The translations under genes were made by a program, and so were the position numbers. Source: Cycas panzhihuaensis (Eukaryota > Plantae > Cycadophyta). From it: DNA of 64,000 nt. Location: the NCBI GenBank assembly GCA_023213395.1, contig CM041465.1:54505741-54569740 (forward strand), in the 5' to 3' direction. The notes under the pieces were generated by a model. It was given only the letters and a program-made list of their open reading frames with translations. It ran no database searches and was not told where the DNA came from. This document shows positions 25,101-38,500 of the stretch, in pieces (the stretch's first letter is position 1; the number at the start of each line of letters is the position of its first letter).

Positions 25101-26381
25101 TTGGTTAACAATTCGTTACTTGATAAACCCATCTTAACTCTCTAGCATATAGATTCCCATCCATTGGCTAACACTAAATGGTATGGGGATATAATCAAAT
25201 ATCTCACTCAATAGCAGTATCCCATTGATGTTAGTGACAAAGTAAAGTTGTATGTTAGGGATTCTTCTCGTCAATACTTCCTCATGCTGGATGTGTCAAT
25301 CTCAAGGAGACTGACTAGATCCTCCATGAATTCCATAGTGGCATTTGTGGAGGCCATTTTGGAGGCCAACCAATGGCCCAACGAATCTTCAAATGTGGTA
25401 TTATTGGCCAACCTATTCAAGGATGCCCATGCTTATGTGCAACATTGGCGCATATGCCAAGAGCACGCTAACATTATCCACCAACCTTTTGAGGCATTGC
25501 ATGTTGTCATGTTCCCATGGAATTTCTCCCAATTGGGGTTAGATTTGATTGGAGTGAATACTCTGCCCTCCTCAACTTAGCATAAATTTATCTTAACTAC
25601 AACAAAATACTTCACCAAATGGACCGAGACCATTCCTTTGTCTTCCACAACCAATAAAACGATTGCCACTTTTATGTATTAGCACATCATTTCCCAATTT
25701 GGGGTTCCAGATGTCGTCATCACAAATAATGGGACTCTGTTTTGTAATAAAGAAATGGATGAACTTTGTGAGAAATTCAAGATCTCTCATAAGACTCTGT
25801 CACCGTATTACCCCCAAGCCAATGGCCAAATTGAATCCTTTAATAAAATCCTAATCAATATTCTAAATAAAATCGTTGCTCAATCCCAAAAGGATTGGTA
25901 TATCCAACTCCACTCGACTTTATGGGCCTACCGAACTTCAATCCATACTGCCATGGTAATGACGTCATTCTTCCTGGTTTATGGGGTGAAGGTTGTATTA
26001 CCTTTAGAAGTCGAGATTTCTTCTTTGAGGGTATCCCTCAAAGAGTTCATCGATGAGGAGTGGCGTCACTAGGCCTACCTCCTCATCCTTAAAGCTTTGG
26101 ATGAGAAACACTTGGCTGCATACCAATCCAACCTAGTGTCTAAGGTTAGGACACAAAGGATGCACAACAAGAATCTACGTCCTCACCCCTTGAATCTTGG
26201 GGAATAGGTCCTCAAATTGGAGTATCTATATGACTGTTTGTCTAAATTAAACCCGAAATGGGTGGGTCCTTTTTTCATCCTTAAGAACCTGGACAATGGC
26301 GCATACAAAACAACCATGTTGAAAGGCTTCAAGTTCGACAAGGTCATACATGGAAATTTTCTAAAGAAATTCTATGATTGA
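22192..26381 (+). pseudogene. pol: pol pseudogene: protease, RT, RNase H, integrase
   Basis: Protease VIDNDSLVN. RT DNFPLPFINQI, YNQIQI, LTNAGATYQR and FMNDM. RH EKECLALV. INT YYPQANGQIE, LWAYRT and PKWVGPF. Many stops and frameshifts. Confidence 0.93.
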
Positions 26382-27109
26382 CCCTTTCTCCTTCTGAGTA
26401 GAAAAGAAACCAACCCCTATTATTCTGAAGTGAGCCTAAACTACCATTCTATTGCAATACTAGAAACCCTCACTAGGGGCATGGCATGCATTTGAGCTTT
26501 ATGTTGGCCCCACTCATTGACAGGATTAGTTATGTCCCTTCAACGAGTGGAGCCCCTTCTTTAGTTTATGAGTAGTGGTGGATGCATAATTATAGGGAAA
26601 CATTTCCACGCTCATGATTGATGTTTTCTTGATCCAGAGCCATGAGTTAGATCGAGCCATGTGGAGGATAACTTTAACCACCTATGAGCATAAGTTGGTG
26701 CCTAGAGAGGGTAGTCATTGATAGAGCTTGTCTTTTCTCCTAAGACTCTTAGGGTATCTGTACCTATTTGGTCCTTTTTCTACCTAGATCGCTACCTTCC
26801 TTTCGATGGGTGTGTGGTCCTCATACCCAAGCGTTGCATGAAATTACCTAGTTAGCTAGGTGATCGTGTGTGCCTTGTGTGTGATCTAAGCCATGAACAA
26901 GAAGGAATGATATAATAAAAGTCTATATACATACATCATACATCTATAGGTCCATACATCCATAACAATCAAATAAATGAATAACTTATATCAAAAAGGC
27001 AGATGCCAATTTGGCCCCCATCCCTATATATAATAATAATCAAATGATAGTACAAAGTGTGTTGGCACAATGCACCTTAAGTAGCCAAAATCCTTGCAAG
27101 GAGGGGTGT

Positions 27110-27296
27110 CCACACACACACACACACTATATATATATAGTGTGTGTGTGTGTGGAAACCCTTGGAGGCTCGAAGCTTTTCGCTGACAACAAACTGCATG
27201 ATACATACATATATATATATATAGTGTGTGTGTGTGTGTGTGTGGAAACCCTTGGAGGCTCGAAGCTTTTCGCTGACAACAAACTGCACGATACAT
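27110..27296. repeat. Palindromic (CA)n-(TA)n-(TG)n microsatellite plus a 90-bp tandem duplication
   Basis: CCACACACACACACACAC-TATATATATATA-GTGTGTGTGTGTGTGG. The unit GGAAACCCTTGGAGGCTCGAAGC...ATACATA repeats with a 90-bp period. Confidence 0.9.
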
Positions 27297-28299
27297 AAAG
27301 TCACATATGGCAATCTGCATGTAATCATGGGGCGTCGCCTTGCTCTATGGTCTGGGGACCATGCTCTACCAAGGCTCCTCCTAGGTTGTCTCGAGGTCCC
27401 GACCTCACTCCCTTTGTCTCACCCATGACCCTTGTCCCTCGGCCTCCTGTCGGATGGTGTCATTGTAGGTGTGCAGAGTGATTGGGATGCCATCTGGTCT
27501 ACAAGCCAGTCATAACATGCTTAGAAGCAGTCTCGATTCTCTTTCATCCCATTTAGTTGGGTCTCTAGGATCACCATCCTCATCTCTAATCCTTGAGCTC
27601 CCTAGACCACTTTATCCTCCACCTGGGTCTCCAACTCTCATACTTGAGCCTATAGTTGGTCCCTCTCCATCTATATCTAGTCTCTCTCTATTCATAGGCA
27701 GTCCTTCCTCTTTTGCTTCTCTTGGGCTTCTGCAGTCCGTGTGTCATACATGAACGATGGGGACAAATGTGATAATATGTGGTCATATTGACCCTAGCTC
27801 CCCGCTGCCTACTATAGGAGGCTGCCCCTCCACATACATACAAGGGAATAACTCTGCTATGGTTTTGTTGATCAACTCTCCAGTAATACCTCCACTTGTC
27901 AACCATGTAAATGCATGTGTTAGTGCAGGGTGTATGGACAAAAATATATAACGATAAACAATGATAATATCACGAATCCCTTGATCAAAACTATAAATCA
28001 AAGGTGTAGCTAAAAAGGGAAGGACTCACCTCCTAGAGTAACTGGGGCCTCTCAAGCCTCTCCCTCCTCATCTCCCAAGATCTTTGCCCCTGTAGTAGCT
28101 ACAACCACCTCTCCTACCACAACCAATGTTGCGTCCACGTTTAGGCGAACAGTTGCCTCACCCTCACCAACATCCTCTCTTGGCTGTGCTATCAGGTCCC
28201 CTGCAACCTCTCCCTCCTCTGCATCGCTATTTTAGTGCATGGTGTGATACAATCAACCCACATAGTCATCTATCATGAGAAGGTCTATTAACATGGTTG

Positions 28300-28930
28300 A
28301 AACTGACCTTCTCATGGGCTCTCCTATACTGCTAAATCGTGATGTCCACCAATGGAGGAGGGGACCGCTAACTGATATTAGTTGTGGCCCTACTACTGGT
28401 CCCACTCCCTAGAAATGATAAAAAATCTAGCATTGTAACATGGAGTAGTAAAAGAGTCTACCCCATCCATTAGCTCAAATGTGATCGAGTTGGGAAGTAA
28501 GGTTGGCCACTATTAAAGCAGCCTAATTGAATCTCTGTCCCACCTCACACCTCTTGATGATATCCATCCACCCTCTAAGGACATCTTTGTAGCTCTATTT
28601 CCAGGAGATCTGGAACAGAATGGAAAAAATAATCATCTTCATCACTCGAGAAATGTTTGCTAGTATGATTGTCCTAAGAGATAATCCTCTCCTATCCCAA
28701 TGGCCCCTGCTATAAAAGAATTGAGCCACCTCCTTATGTGCTCAATTGGTGTTGGGCAAAGTCCCCAACATGGCTAGTGCCCCACTAGCAGAAACCCCAT
28801 GATCCTCCATATATCTTTCAGGGTAAAGGTGACATCTCCTACCCATGGGAGATGGAAAACATGCCGACAATGATCCTAATATGATATTATGTCTATGAGG
28901 AGAGCCTGATCTGAGGCATACTACCATGAT
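28300..28930 (-). pseudogene. Antisense plant mobile domain (PMD, aminotransferase-like) ORF remnant
   Basis: Minus strand reads LIDIISY*DHCRHVFHLPWVGDVTFTLKDIWRIMGFLLVG, similar to the PMD motif ERW..ETHTFHLP.GEMTITL.DV..LLGL...G. It later reads SGPLLHWWTSRF. Boundaries approximate. Confidence 0.7.
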
Positions 28931-30277
28931 CTAATAATCCACAATAGATCACAACGTCTTAATGTTTCCTAGTCCTGGTCTTCCATTAGCTTCACAAGAC
29001 CTAACATCGATGACCCAATGTTCTTGCAGTTGTCCACCATTGTAACAGCTTAAAAGGCCAACTAAGACACCATCAATCAGTCATCTATCACCTTATGAGA
29101 TAAAAATCTACCTTCAATGAAGCTAAAACCATCAAAATCAGAGCCAAAGTAGGAAATTTTTATAAGTTTTCTATTTTCTATCTCTACTTCATAGATTTAT
29201 TCATGGCACTATAAATAAACTTGTGGGCCCTGCAGATTTTCCTGTGCCCTGTAGGAATATTTGTGGTATCGCAGAAAAATTTGTAGTACTAATAAAATTC
29301 CCTCTAAAATAAAAAGTTAAATACTAAAAAAAAAAAGAAAGGACAAGGCTTAGTCCATTAGGACCAGGGCCTCCTATAACCCTGGTCTAGCCTTTCACGA
29401 GCCTCTAATTAGGTCCCATTAGGCCTCTTACTTCCTATACAAGCACAACGTGGGTGCTAAAAACTACAAAGCGAAAAGATATGAATAAAAAGTCTAATGT
29501 TGATATCTGTATATCGAATCTAATCTAATAGTTTCCATCTCTCCCATGCGATCTTGATGACTCCTCTCGCATCACGATTCAACGGTCGGATCTCTCTCGA
29601 TGGGGTCTCCTACGATTGGTAGTTTGAGGATAGTAGTGAGGTTTCTCTCCTAATATCATGGGTGAATGTGAAAATGAATTCATTTTTCTTCATTCATCCC
29701 CCTTTTATTTGCTAAGCTCTGAGGTCTCTATGGTCTTTTTCATTTTGGTTGTGTCATCTAGATTGTCTTTTTGAGCCTGTCCTTACTTCCTTCACGGTCT
29801 AGGCCCTCTTTGGTTCCCATATGCTATTTTTTCTCACCTTTATGAGCATTAATGGTGATTCTTAGTCCTTTAGGGGAGCCTCATATCCCCGAAATTTGCC
29901 TACCTCAAACCCTATCCATGTTTATACTCTATGGACTCGTTTTGACGAGCTGCTTCTATTTTTCATAGTTATTCTGGCCCGTTTTGCACCTAATGGGATC
30001 TTGTCCCCTAGTTGAGACCTCCGTTGGTCCCACACCAACCTTGGGCCTAGTCGATTAGTCCATATTCACCATTACCCTTCCCCTTCTGTAAGGCAGGCCC
30101 TTCATGAGCCTAGTTGTCTAGTTATAGGTCTCTCCTATCCTCTTGTAGAGTGGTCATTTGTGTGATCATGATTCTTAGGACTCATCGTCCTTCACCCAAC
30201 TTCTTTTCCTTAGCATCCTTCCTTGAGAAGGTGCATCTCTCATCTTTTTTCTTGAGATCCCAACTATTATTCCCCCC

Positions 30278-30622
30278 ATGGCTCTACTCATTTATACCAA
30301 TGGTGGTAGCTGTGGCAACCCAAGGCCCTTTACCATAGCTTGGATCATCCATGAGATATACATGCTTAAGGCCACGAATAATGAAGTAGAGTGCGCAGTT
30401 GTTATTGAGAGTCTAACTTATGCACTTCTCTTCCATCATGGTCCCATCATCCTACACTACTCTCAGATCATGGTCTCCCAGTTGACCTAGACCTACCATG
30501 TCCTTTACCCCAGCTTGAGGTCTTTAGCCATGATTGCCAGGTCCTTGTTGTGTTGCTTCTCCTCGGTCGACATTTGATACCTTCCTCCTAGTCAAAATGC
30601 TGAGGTTAATAGCCTAGCCAAC
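30278..30622 (+). pseudogene. Additional archaeal-type RNase H (aRH) remnant
   Basis: IYTNGGSCGNP...ATNNEVE...YSQIMVSQL...YLPPSQNAEVNSLAN follows the DG.S.GNPG / TNNEAEY / DS.LV..Q / PR..N..AD.LAN pattern. Confidence 0.8.
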
Positions 30623-31091
30623 TCTATCCTCAAGCATCACCTTCAACTCCAAGGTGACTCCTTATTTGCTTGATAGGTTGCCCTTTAGAAAGCCTCTAAG
30701 GGTGACCTTCCCTCCTATCCTTAATTTTTCTCTTCACCTCTAAGTAATAACTACTAATGAGGCTAAACTATGGTGACCAAAACCCTTACCCACCTGGTTT
30801 ATATCTTCGCTTGGTGTGATGGGGCATCCTCTCATTTCCCTAAGGGTCTCTCTGGATTTTTGAATCTTGCATCAGGGTCATATTACCTATTTGGTATACC
30901 ACTAAGGTCATTTCTCTTAGTCACATCTTTGTTGTCTTACTTGCATATGCTTTGGGTCCATGGTCACATGCCTTGGGATTGACTTGATCGCGAACACACT
31001 TCCCCCCCCTTCAACATGTGCCTCTTACCTATGCATTCGTTGCAACACATATTATTCCCCTTGGTTATCTACACAATTGCTTCTTGGTTGT

Positions 31092-31208
31092 TGTTCATAC
31101 TAACAATGCTTGTATTGAATATTCACCATCGTCTCATGCTCCAGAGCATTGTTCATACTAACAATGCTTGTGTTGACAACATTCACCATCATCTCGTGAT
31201 CTAGAGCA
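31092..31208. repeat. 2 x ~58-bp tandem duplication upstream of the PPT
   Basis: TGTTCATACTAACAATGCTTGT...CACCATC..CTC.TG.TC.AGAGCA occurs twice. Confidence 0.8.
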
Positions 31209-31234
31209 ATGAGGCTTTACTACTAAGGGGGTAG

Positions 31235-34181
31235 TGTTTCTTGCCCATCGAGAATGGATTAGGAGTTCATGGTGTAGGTAAGTCAGATATATATTTTATC
31301 TTATAGTTTTGGTTGCATTTCTTATAGTCATTAGCTCATATGATGCTCATTTGGTTGTTAGGATGCATGATTGCTTTATTTTACTTGGCTTGCATACATC
31401 TATTATTGCGTATGATGATCGGGACTCTAGTCTAATGGTATTGAGAACCCCCATAGTGGTCTCCTAGTTAACAAGATGCCTATTCTTCATTTTTGTAACA
31501 TTGTTTTTATTGAGTTCTGACTCATTTTCACTTGTTGATTAGATCCTGTTCCCCTTCATCAGTCGTTATCAGCTACTAGGATGTCTTGGGATAGTTTGCT
31601 GAGGCTTTGGGGAAACGTTTGCAATCCTTTTATTCAAATTATATTTGTTTTTCATTAATTTTGATAGCCTATCTCTGGCCCATGCTAATTTTTGTCTACT
31701 CCATGTTAATTTTTGCTATACCTTGCTCTAATTATTGCGCCCCATGGATGTCTTCGTAATGCCATAAATAAATTCATGGTGCAACTGTCACTTAACCAGT
31801 TGCGGCCAAAAACATTTGATTTTACATTTAATATGTCCCCTAAGACATCTAATGCCTCGAGACCAACCTAGATCGAGGTGTAATAGTTAGGGGGAACTCA
31901 TTCAAACACAAAAACTCAATTTTCATTGGCATTCTCATCATTCTACAATTATTCTATCAGCATTTTTAAGCTACTTCTTAGCATAAAATGAGAAAACAGA
32001 GTTTGGAGAGGGAAACATAATAGGATTTAGATCCTTGGCATAAAAGGCTTCTCCAACCAACTTCTACAATCAAAGAAGACTCTCTTCTCTTCTCTCAACA
32101 TTCAAGGATTCTCTCAAAAGTCATTCCTTTTGGAGCTACAAGGATCCTTCATCAATAAACTCTTTTATAATCACTAAGTCCACTTATTTCAAGTGGGTAT
32201 GACCCAACCATTCTTTTGTTTTCAATAGAAACTTTTGTTAGTTTATCTTGATTTTCATGGTTTAATATGTTTTCTATTCTATATCTTGGTTTAGGGACAA
32301 TAGCAAATAGATCCCACCATGATTGTTTGCTGAAACCTTGGAGAAACTATTTTTTGTGAACAAAAAACTGTCCACAATTATGGCCTGGGGTATTGGAGAA
32401 GGGAATGAGTGGTGTACCATCTGGTTAAGGGAGTTTAGAGAAAGAAAAAAAGGTGTAAGTTTTGACTTTTGCACCCCCTTCTCATTGGGTAATCCCCTCC
32501 TAACATCACAAGGTTCCCTACCTCATTGTGCATGCACACTTCTTCCCAATACAAAACCATACAATTGTAGTAATTAACTAGCAATCTGTTGCTCATCTTT
32601 GAGACTTCGTATTTCATCTTAACATTCCATTCCTCCCTTTAGATCATAGCCTAAATTTTCAAGACCGGATATCCTCTCTTGTCACACTTAGGAGACTACT
32701 TTTATTTAGGGGGCCATGCCATTTCGAGATGCTCTCCTCTTCTTCCCTTTTACATGCATGAATTCTTAAGAGAAGAGGTAACATTCAATTAGCTTCTTTT
32801 GGATAATTAATAGTGACAAATATTTTGTAAAATATCCAAACAAACACATATATTGCATATATCTCTTGTGGGTAGATTTTTTCTTTATGCTTGTAAGTAG
32901 AAGGTCCATCCTTGCTTACCAGGTACCAAGGCATGAGGAATGCTTCATCATAAGGTAACACTAGTTTGTGGTTTAACATCACATATTTTGTTCCCTTCTC
33001 ATTTTCATTTCTTTTTTTATGTAATATTTTTTTAAAGCTTGGGGAAGGTAAAGAAGCCCCATTGCCTCTCACAACTTTCGCAACAAAGGAACTTGTGTCA
33101 TTAGCAAGGGAAGAGCAAGGGAGGAGCTTGATCAAAGTTGCTTTCAAGAATTGCTAACTAGGTACAATCTTTCCAAACTCTCTCCCCCTTCCATCCTTTT
33201 CCTTTCAAGCTTACCTTTTGATTATTAGCACTTGTATATATGTATGCAACAAAAGGGAAGGGTTTATTTGTGCATAACTTATCTCTTTCCATTCATAGAA
33301 GAGAAATACATCCCCCTATTATTTCCCTTTCTCTTCATAATGAAAAAGGCATAATAGGAAATGATTTCTCTCTCATTTTACATATGCATATGCATATAGA
33401 AACAATGTTAAAAACCTAGTTTAAAGAAGTGTTTTTTTCTTTTACATGAAAGGGGAACATATTAAAAAAAGAAAGAACATTGCATAAGCATTAGCAATAT
33501 TCATCTTTTTTCTTTCTTTCACAAATTTACCAAATACAAAATTAACTCTCTTCTTAGGCATATAGCTTCAAGTTTCTTTTGCTGAAAGTAAAAGAGAGTG
33601 AGCTTAAGAGTGAGGGATTATAATTCTTATGCATTGTTAGTTGATTATTTTGTTTTGCAAGCAACATAACTACAATTTACATTTCCTTCATATCAAAACA
33701 TCATTACACTTTGAAATAAGACATCATTCTAACAAACAATACCACATCCTATATAGCCAAAGGAAAAACATCAATTAAAGTTTGTGCTACAACCAAACCC
33801 TAGAGGAAACCTTTAGACATCAAGGGAATACACTAAACTTTCCATTCACCTTTGTTCCCTACTAATAACTCTCTCCTTCTTCTGAGATGGAAGCCTATCC
33901 CTTTTCTGAAAATGAGGATAGGAGAAATCGTGTCTAGGTTATTTGGTAATTTAAGGGAGTGAAACCTTGTGCAAACTAACACACCATCAACCAACCTTCC
34001 TGGATCCTATAGGTAGAAAGGAAACACATGTATTACGGGTCCTCGAACCTACGCTCATGAGGCACACAAATACCCTTCGAGAGTGAACTAAGGTCATGAT
34101 ACACTATTTGAGTTCCCATGCTTTAGGCTATCTCTAATTGATGTATAGTAGCTTTGGTGATCCTTTAGAGATATGATTCTA
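31235..34181 (+). repeat. 3' LTR
   Basis: Preceded by PPT AAGGGGGTAG (31225-31234). Terminal CA has mutated to TA; followed by TSD CTAAT. Confidence 0.9.
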
Positions 34182-35576
34182 CTAATATATTTCTAACTTT
34201 ATAAAACTCAATTTCTGTCAGTGCTTTTGTGAAGATATATATGACTTATTCTTTAATGTTGTGATAGACCATCTCAATCTCTCCTCATTGAACCAACTCT
34301 TTATTTTCTTAATTTTGGGGTTCTTCTCCAAAATCTAGGACTATTAGATATGATTTCACTCTTAATAGTTAAATATGTATTGTATTGCATACTATTTATT
34401 ATTATTTATCTGATATTGCATATGATTGGGTATCTGTTTAGATTGCTTATATAGTTTTGACCTCTCCCTCATTGATGATAGAAAATGGATCCATTCTTTA
34501 TAACACCCATTTCATTATGGAGGTACAACTTTGTAAGTTGAGTCGTATAATAATCACTACTCTCTTACTTTCCATTATTGCACATACATTGCCATTGTTT
34601 TACACACATGCTTCATTTGCTATTATTTCACACTCTCTTTTGACTCCTTTAAATATTTATTTTGCATTGATATAAGCCTATACTCCTTTGAATTTGCTTA
34701 TATGGATTGAACATGGTTTAAGTTCCTATCTGAGTTAATTATTTTGTGAATTAAATATGATTATGTACACCTCTATACAATTCATTTTATATAACATGAG
34801 CATTTTCTATGGTTTTTCATACTTTTATCTTCTTTTATAATTTTTACCTTGATGTTGAATACAATTATTGATAACACCTATACCATTATATAAGTCTCTT
34901 TAAGTAGATAGGAATCGATTACTCGTGGGTTAAAATCAAATATTATATGAGGGAGTTATGCCCTTTTTGCAACCTCATTATTTTTCATGATTGTGTTTTC
35001 CACTTCTTGAGGCTGCATTATAATTATCTCTTTAAAATAATATATTTCTTTCAAAAACTGACTTTGTGATGGATTTTTTGCTTGTTTTAAGGATCTATTT
35101 ATGTTATAAATATCTTTTATTAAGTCCATTTACCTTAACTCAACCTAGTTCTCTCTAACTGAGTTTAGAGTCCCTTTCCTTGTTTGCCTACAATCAAACA
35201 AAGCACTAGTTATCTAATTTCTAATATACTTTTGTTGTTAGATCAATGATTGATGCATGCTTTGCTTTACTAATTTCGAGTCATTAATTCATTATTTTTG
35301 TTGATTTTTATCATACCGTAGTTCTCTCTATTCATACCACCCATTTACTATATAACTCCTACAATACTACTCTATTTATATTATGGATAATTAATACATA
35401 ATTTACAGTATTTCCATATGTCAGATATTATTCATTTGCAACATCATCTACCATATATTGTCACTCTCTAGTATACTTCATATGATATTGCTATACTTGT
35501 TACACTATGTTTCAACAATATGTTCTATTTTTGTAGTATGATTTTAATAATATGATCTAAATTCATACATTTTAAT

Positions 35577-38500
35577 TGAAGAGAAAATATAACCATAGAA
35601 GCAATGTGATAATAGAACTTTAGACCATGCAAAGAATGAATAGTATAAATAAGTTAGATGCTCAATAAAGAACACCAAGAGATTTAGGTCTAAGCATAGA
35701 CCTTTTATTAATCTAAGCAACAACTAAAGAATTATAAAGATGAATAAACTCCAACTCTTCTCATCGACTCATCAAAGACTCATTCACAACCATGTTACAT
35801 GTGTTGTTACATAAGAATATATAGACACAACATTATAAGATACCACCTTATAGTTTTACAATATAATGAGTATAAACCATGGGCCGATAAAGACCCCCAT
35901 AAGACACTTAAAAATTTTTCTTAGGGCCTTTCGCCCCTAAACCCTTGCCTGGGAGGCCACTGGCCCTTAAACCCCCAATTGGGGGACCTACAACGTGCCC
36001 TTAGACCCTACAAAGGGGCTCAAGTGTAACACCTATACCCATGCAACACTTGTAAAGTGTTCAACATATCTAACAATCTCCCACTTGTTGAAAACTTTAC
36101 AAGAAACATGTATACATAATTACTTAATGCCAAAATCACAAACACCCATTGCATTTCTATATCATCTAAATTTTTCTATGCTAATAATCTTGGTCAATGC
36201 ATTTGCAACATTCTCTTGTGTAGTAATCTTCTACAAATCCACCTTGTGATCTTAAACCATTTCTCTCATAAAATGGAACTGCACATCAATATGCTTCGAC
36301 CAAGCATGAAAAATGTGATTCTTTATTAGGTAGATTATACTTTGACTATCACAATTTATCCTCATAACATCTTGCTTAAAGCTAATATCTGTGTATAATC
36401 TCTGTAACTAAATCACTTTCTTGCATGTATGAGTAACTGCCATATACTCTACTTCTGTGCTAGAAAGTGCTACAACTTGTTGTCTTTTACTCATCCAACT
36501 GACTACACCATCATAAAGGGTAAAAATATACCCACTTATAGATCTTCTACTTTTAAGATCTTTAGCCTAATCAGCATTAATAAAACCTCTCAAGTTCGTT
36601 GTTCTACTCTCTATGGGATCTCCTCGATTACAAATTTCATAGTTTGATGTACCCTATAGATACCTAAAAATCCTTTTCACAACCACCTGATGCTCTCTAC
36701 CTAGGTTTGACATATATATGTTAACTACTCCCACTTCATGGGCAATGTTCGGTCGAGTGCAAACCATCGCATACATCAGGCTACCAACAACACTAGCATA
36801 AGGGATAAATGTCACATCTTCAACATCTTGGTGAGTCTTTGGGCATTGTTCAACTAATAATTTTAAACCAAAAGGAAGAGGAATATTAACTAGTTTACTA
36901 TTCTATAACCTAAATTGTTGTGATATTGTTTCAATGTGTCATCTTTAGTTAAGATAAATCTTCCTATTTCTCCTATCCCTTTTAATCTCAATGCCCAAAA
37001 TAAAATATGAATCACTAAGGTCCTCCATCTCAAAATGAGATACTAGTTATCCTTTCATAACTTAGTTCATTTCTTTACTATTAACCATTAAAAGTATGTC
37101 ATCAACATGTAAAGCTAGAATAATAAAATGATTACCAATCTGCTTATAATAAACATAATGATCTTCTTTGCTATGCATAAAGCTATCTGCTAATATATGT
37201 GAATCAAACTTCTGATATCACATCATTGGATATTATTTCAAGTCATATAAAGACTTTTTTAACTTGCACACCATATTCTCCTTCCCTGCAACTTTAAACC
37301 CTTTAGGTTGTAACATATAAATTTCTTCCTCGAGGTCACCACCAAGAAATGTAGTGTTTACATCCATTTGATCCACCTCAAGGTCATAGGCAGTTGTTAT
37401 AGCCAACAAAAATCTAATTGAAGAAACTTTTGCAATAGGAGAAATTACCTCACTAAAATCTATTCCCTTGACCTAGCAATAGTCTTTTACTACCAAGTGA
37501 GCCTTGTACTTTTTCACAGTACCATCTGCTCAGAACTTCTTCTTGAAGATCCATTTGTTATCAACAGGTTTTCTACCATCAGGCAGGTTCACCAAATTCC
37601 ATGTGTTATTTTTGTCCAAGGCCATCATTTCTTCTTACATGGCCTTCATCTAGAGTTGGTTCTCTTTCAAACCTAAAGCCTTCTGAACAGTACCTAGATT
37701 ATCATTTGTAGTAGATAAAACAAAAGAAGAGCAACAAAAATCTTTAGGAATATACCTGTCAGGTTGTCTTCTCTCATGAGTTGATCTCCTCAAGATGTGG
37801 GGTTCTTAAGGTTGATCTACCTCTACAACTAGTCCTTCTTCTTCAGTTGACTCATATTCTGACGTAGAATCTTCATCCCTTACCTCAAATTACACCTTGT
37901 TAGAGTGCTTCTCCTTTGGGTCTCCATCCTTCTTTAGAGACTTGAACTCCTCTCTAAAGACATTACAACTATACATAACCTTTTATATTTCAAGGTTATA
38001 AAGCTTATACCCTTTAACACCATTACCATGGCTAATGAAAATAGTCTTTTGTGCTTTGAAATGTAAGCTTAGTCCTCTGTTGTCTAAGAACATATACAAA
38101 ATCTTCACAACCAAAAAATCTAAGATGACTAAGAGATGGTTTCTTACCAGACCACACTTCTTCAAGTGTTTTGTATACTAAGGTAGTTGTTGGTGATCTG
38201 TTTATCATGTAGCTTACAGTCATCACAGCCTCAGCCTAAAATTTCTTCTCTAATCTAGTAGCACTAAGCATACTTCTCGATCTCTCTAGCAAGGTCCTAT
38301 TCATTCTTTCAGCAACTCTATTCTGCTGTGGTGTATAGGGGATTATCTTTTGACTTACTATTCCACAATGCTTATAGAACTATTCAAACTCCTTTGAGTA
38401 AAACTCACCTCTATTGTCAATCCTCAATACCTTGACCCACCTGTCACTCTGATTCTTGACCAAGGCCTTGAATTCTTTGAATTTACTGAACACTTTAGAT

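Larger units (their letters stand above)
18172..34181 (+). mobile_element. Degenerate 16-kb Ty3/gypsy Tat-lineage element (extra RNase H downstream of INT; TatII-like)
   Basis: Two ~2.95-kb LTRs; TSD CTAAT at 18167-18171 and 34182-34186; decayed Arg-type PBS; PPT AAGGGGGTAG; domain order PR-RT-RH-INT. Confidence 0.92.

Noticed and set aside
34190-35570. Possible very old minus-strand gypsy RT/protease relic (NRYPI-like), perhaps continuing at 40660-42600
   Set aside because: Too decayed to support a call without a profile search.
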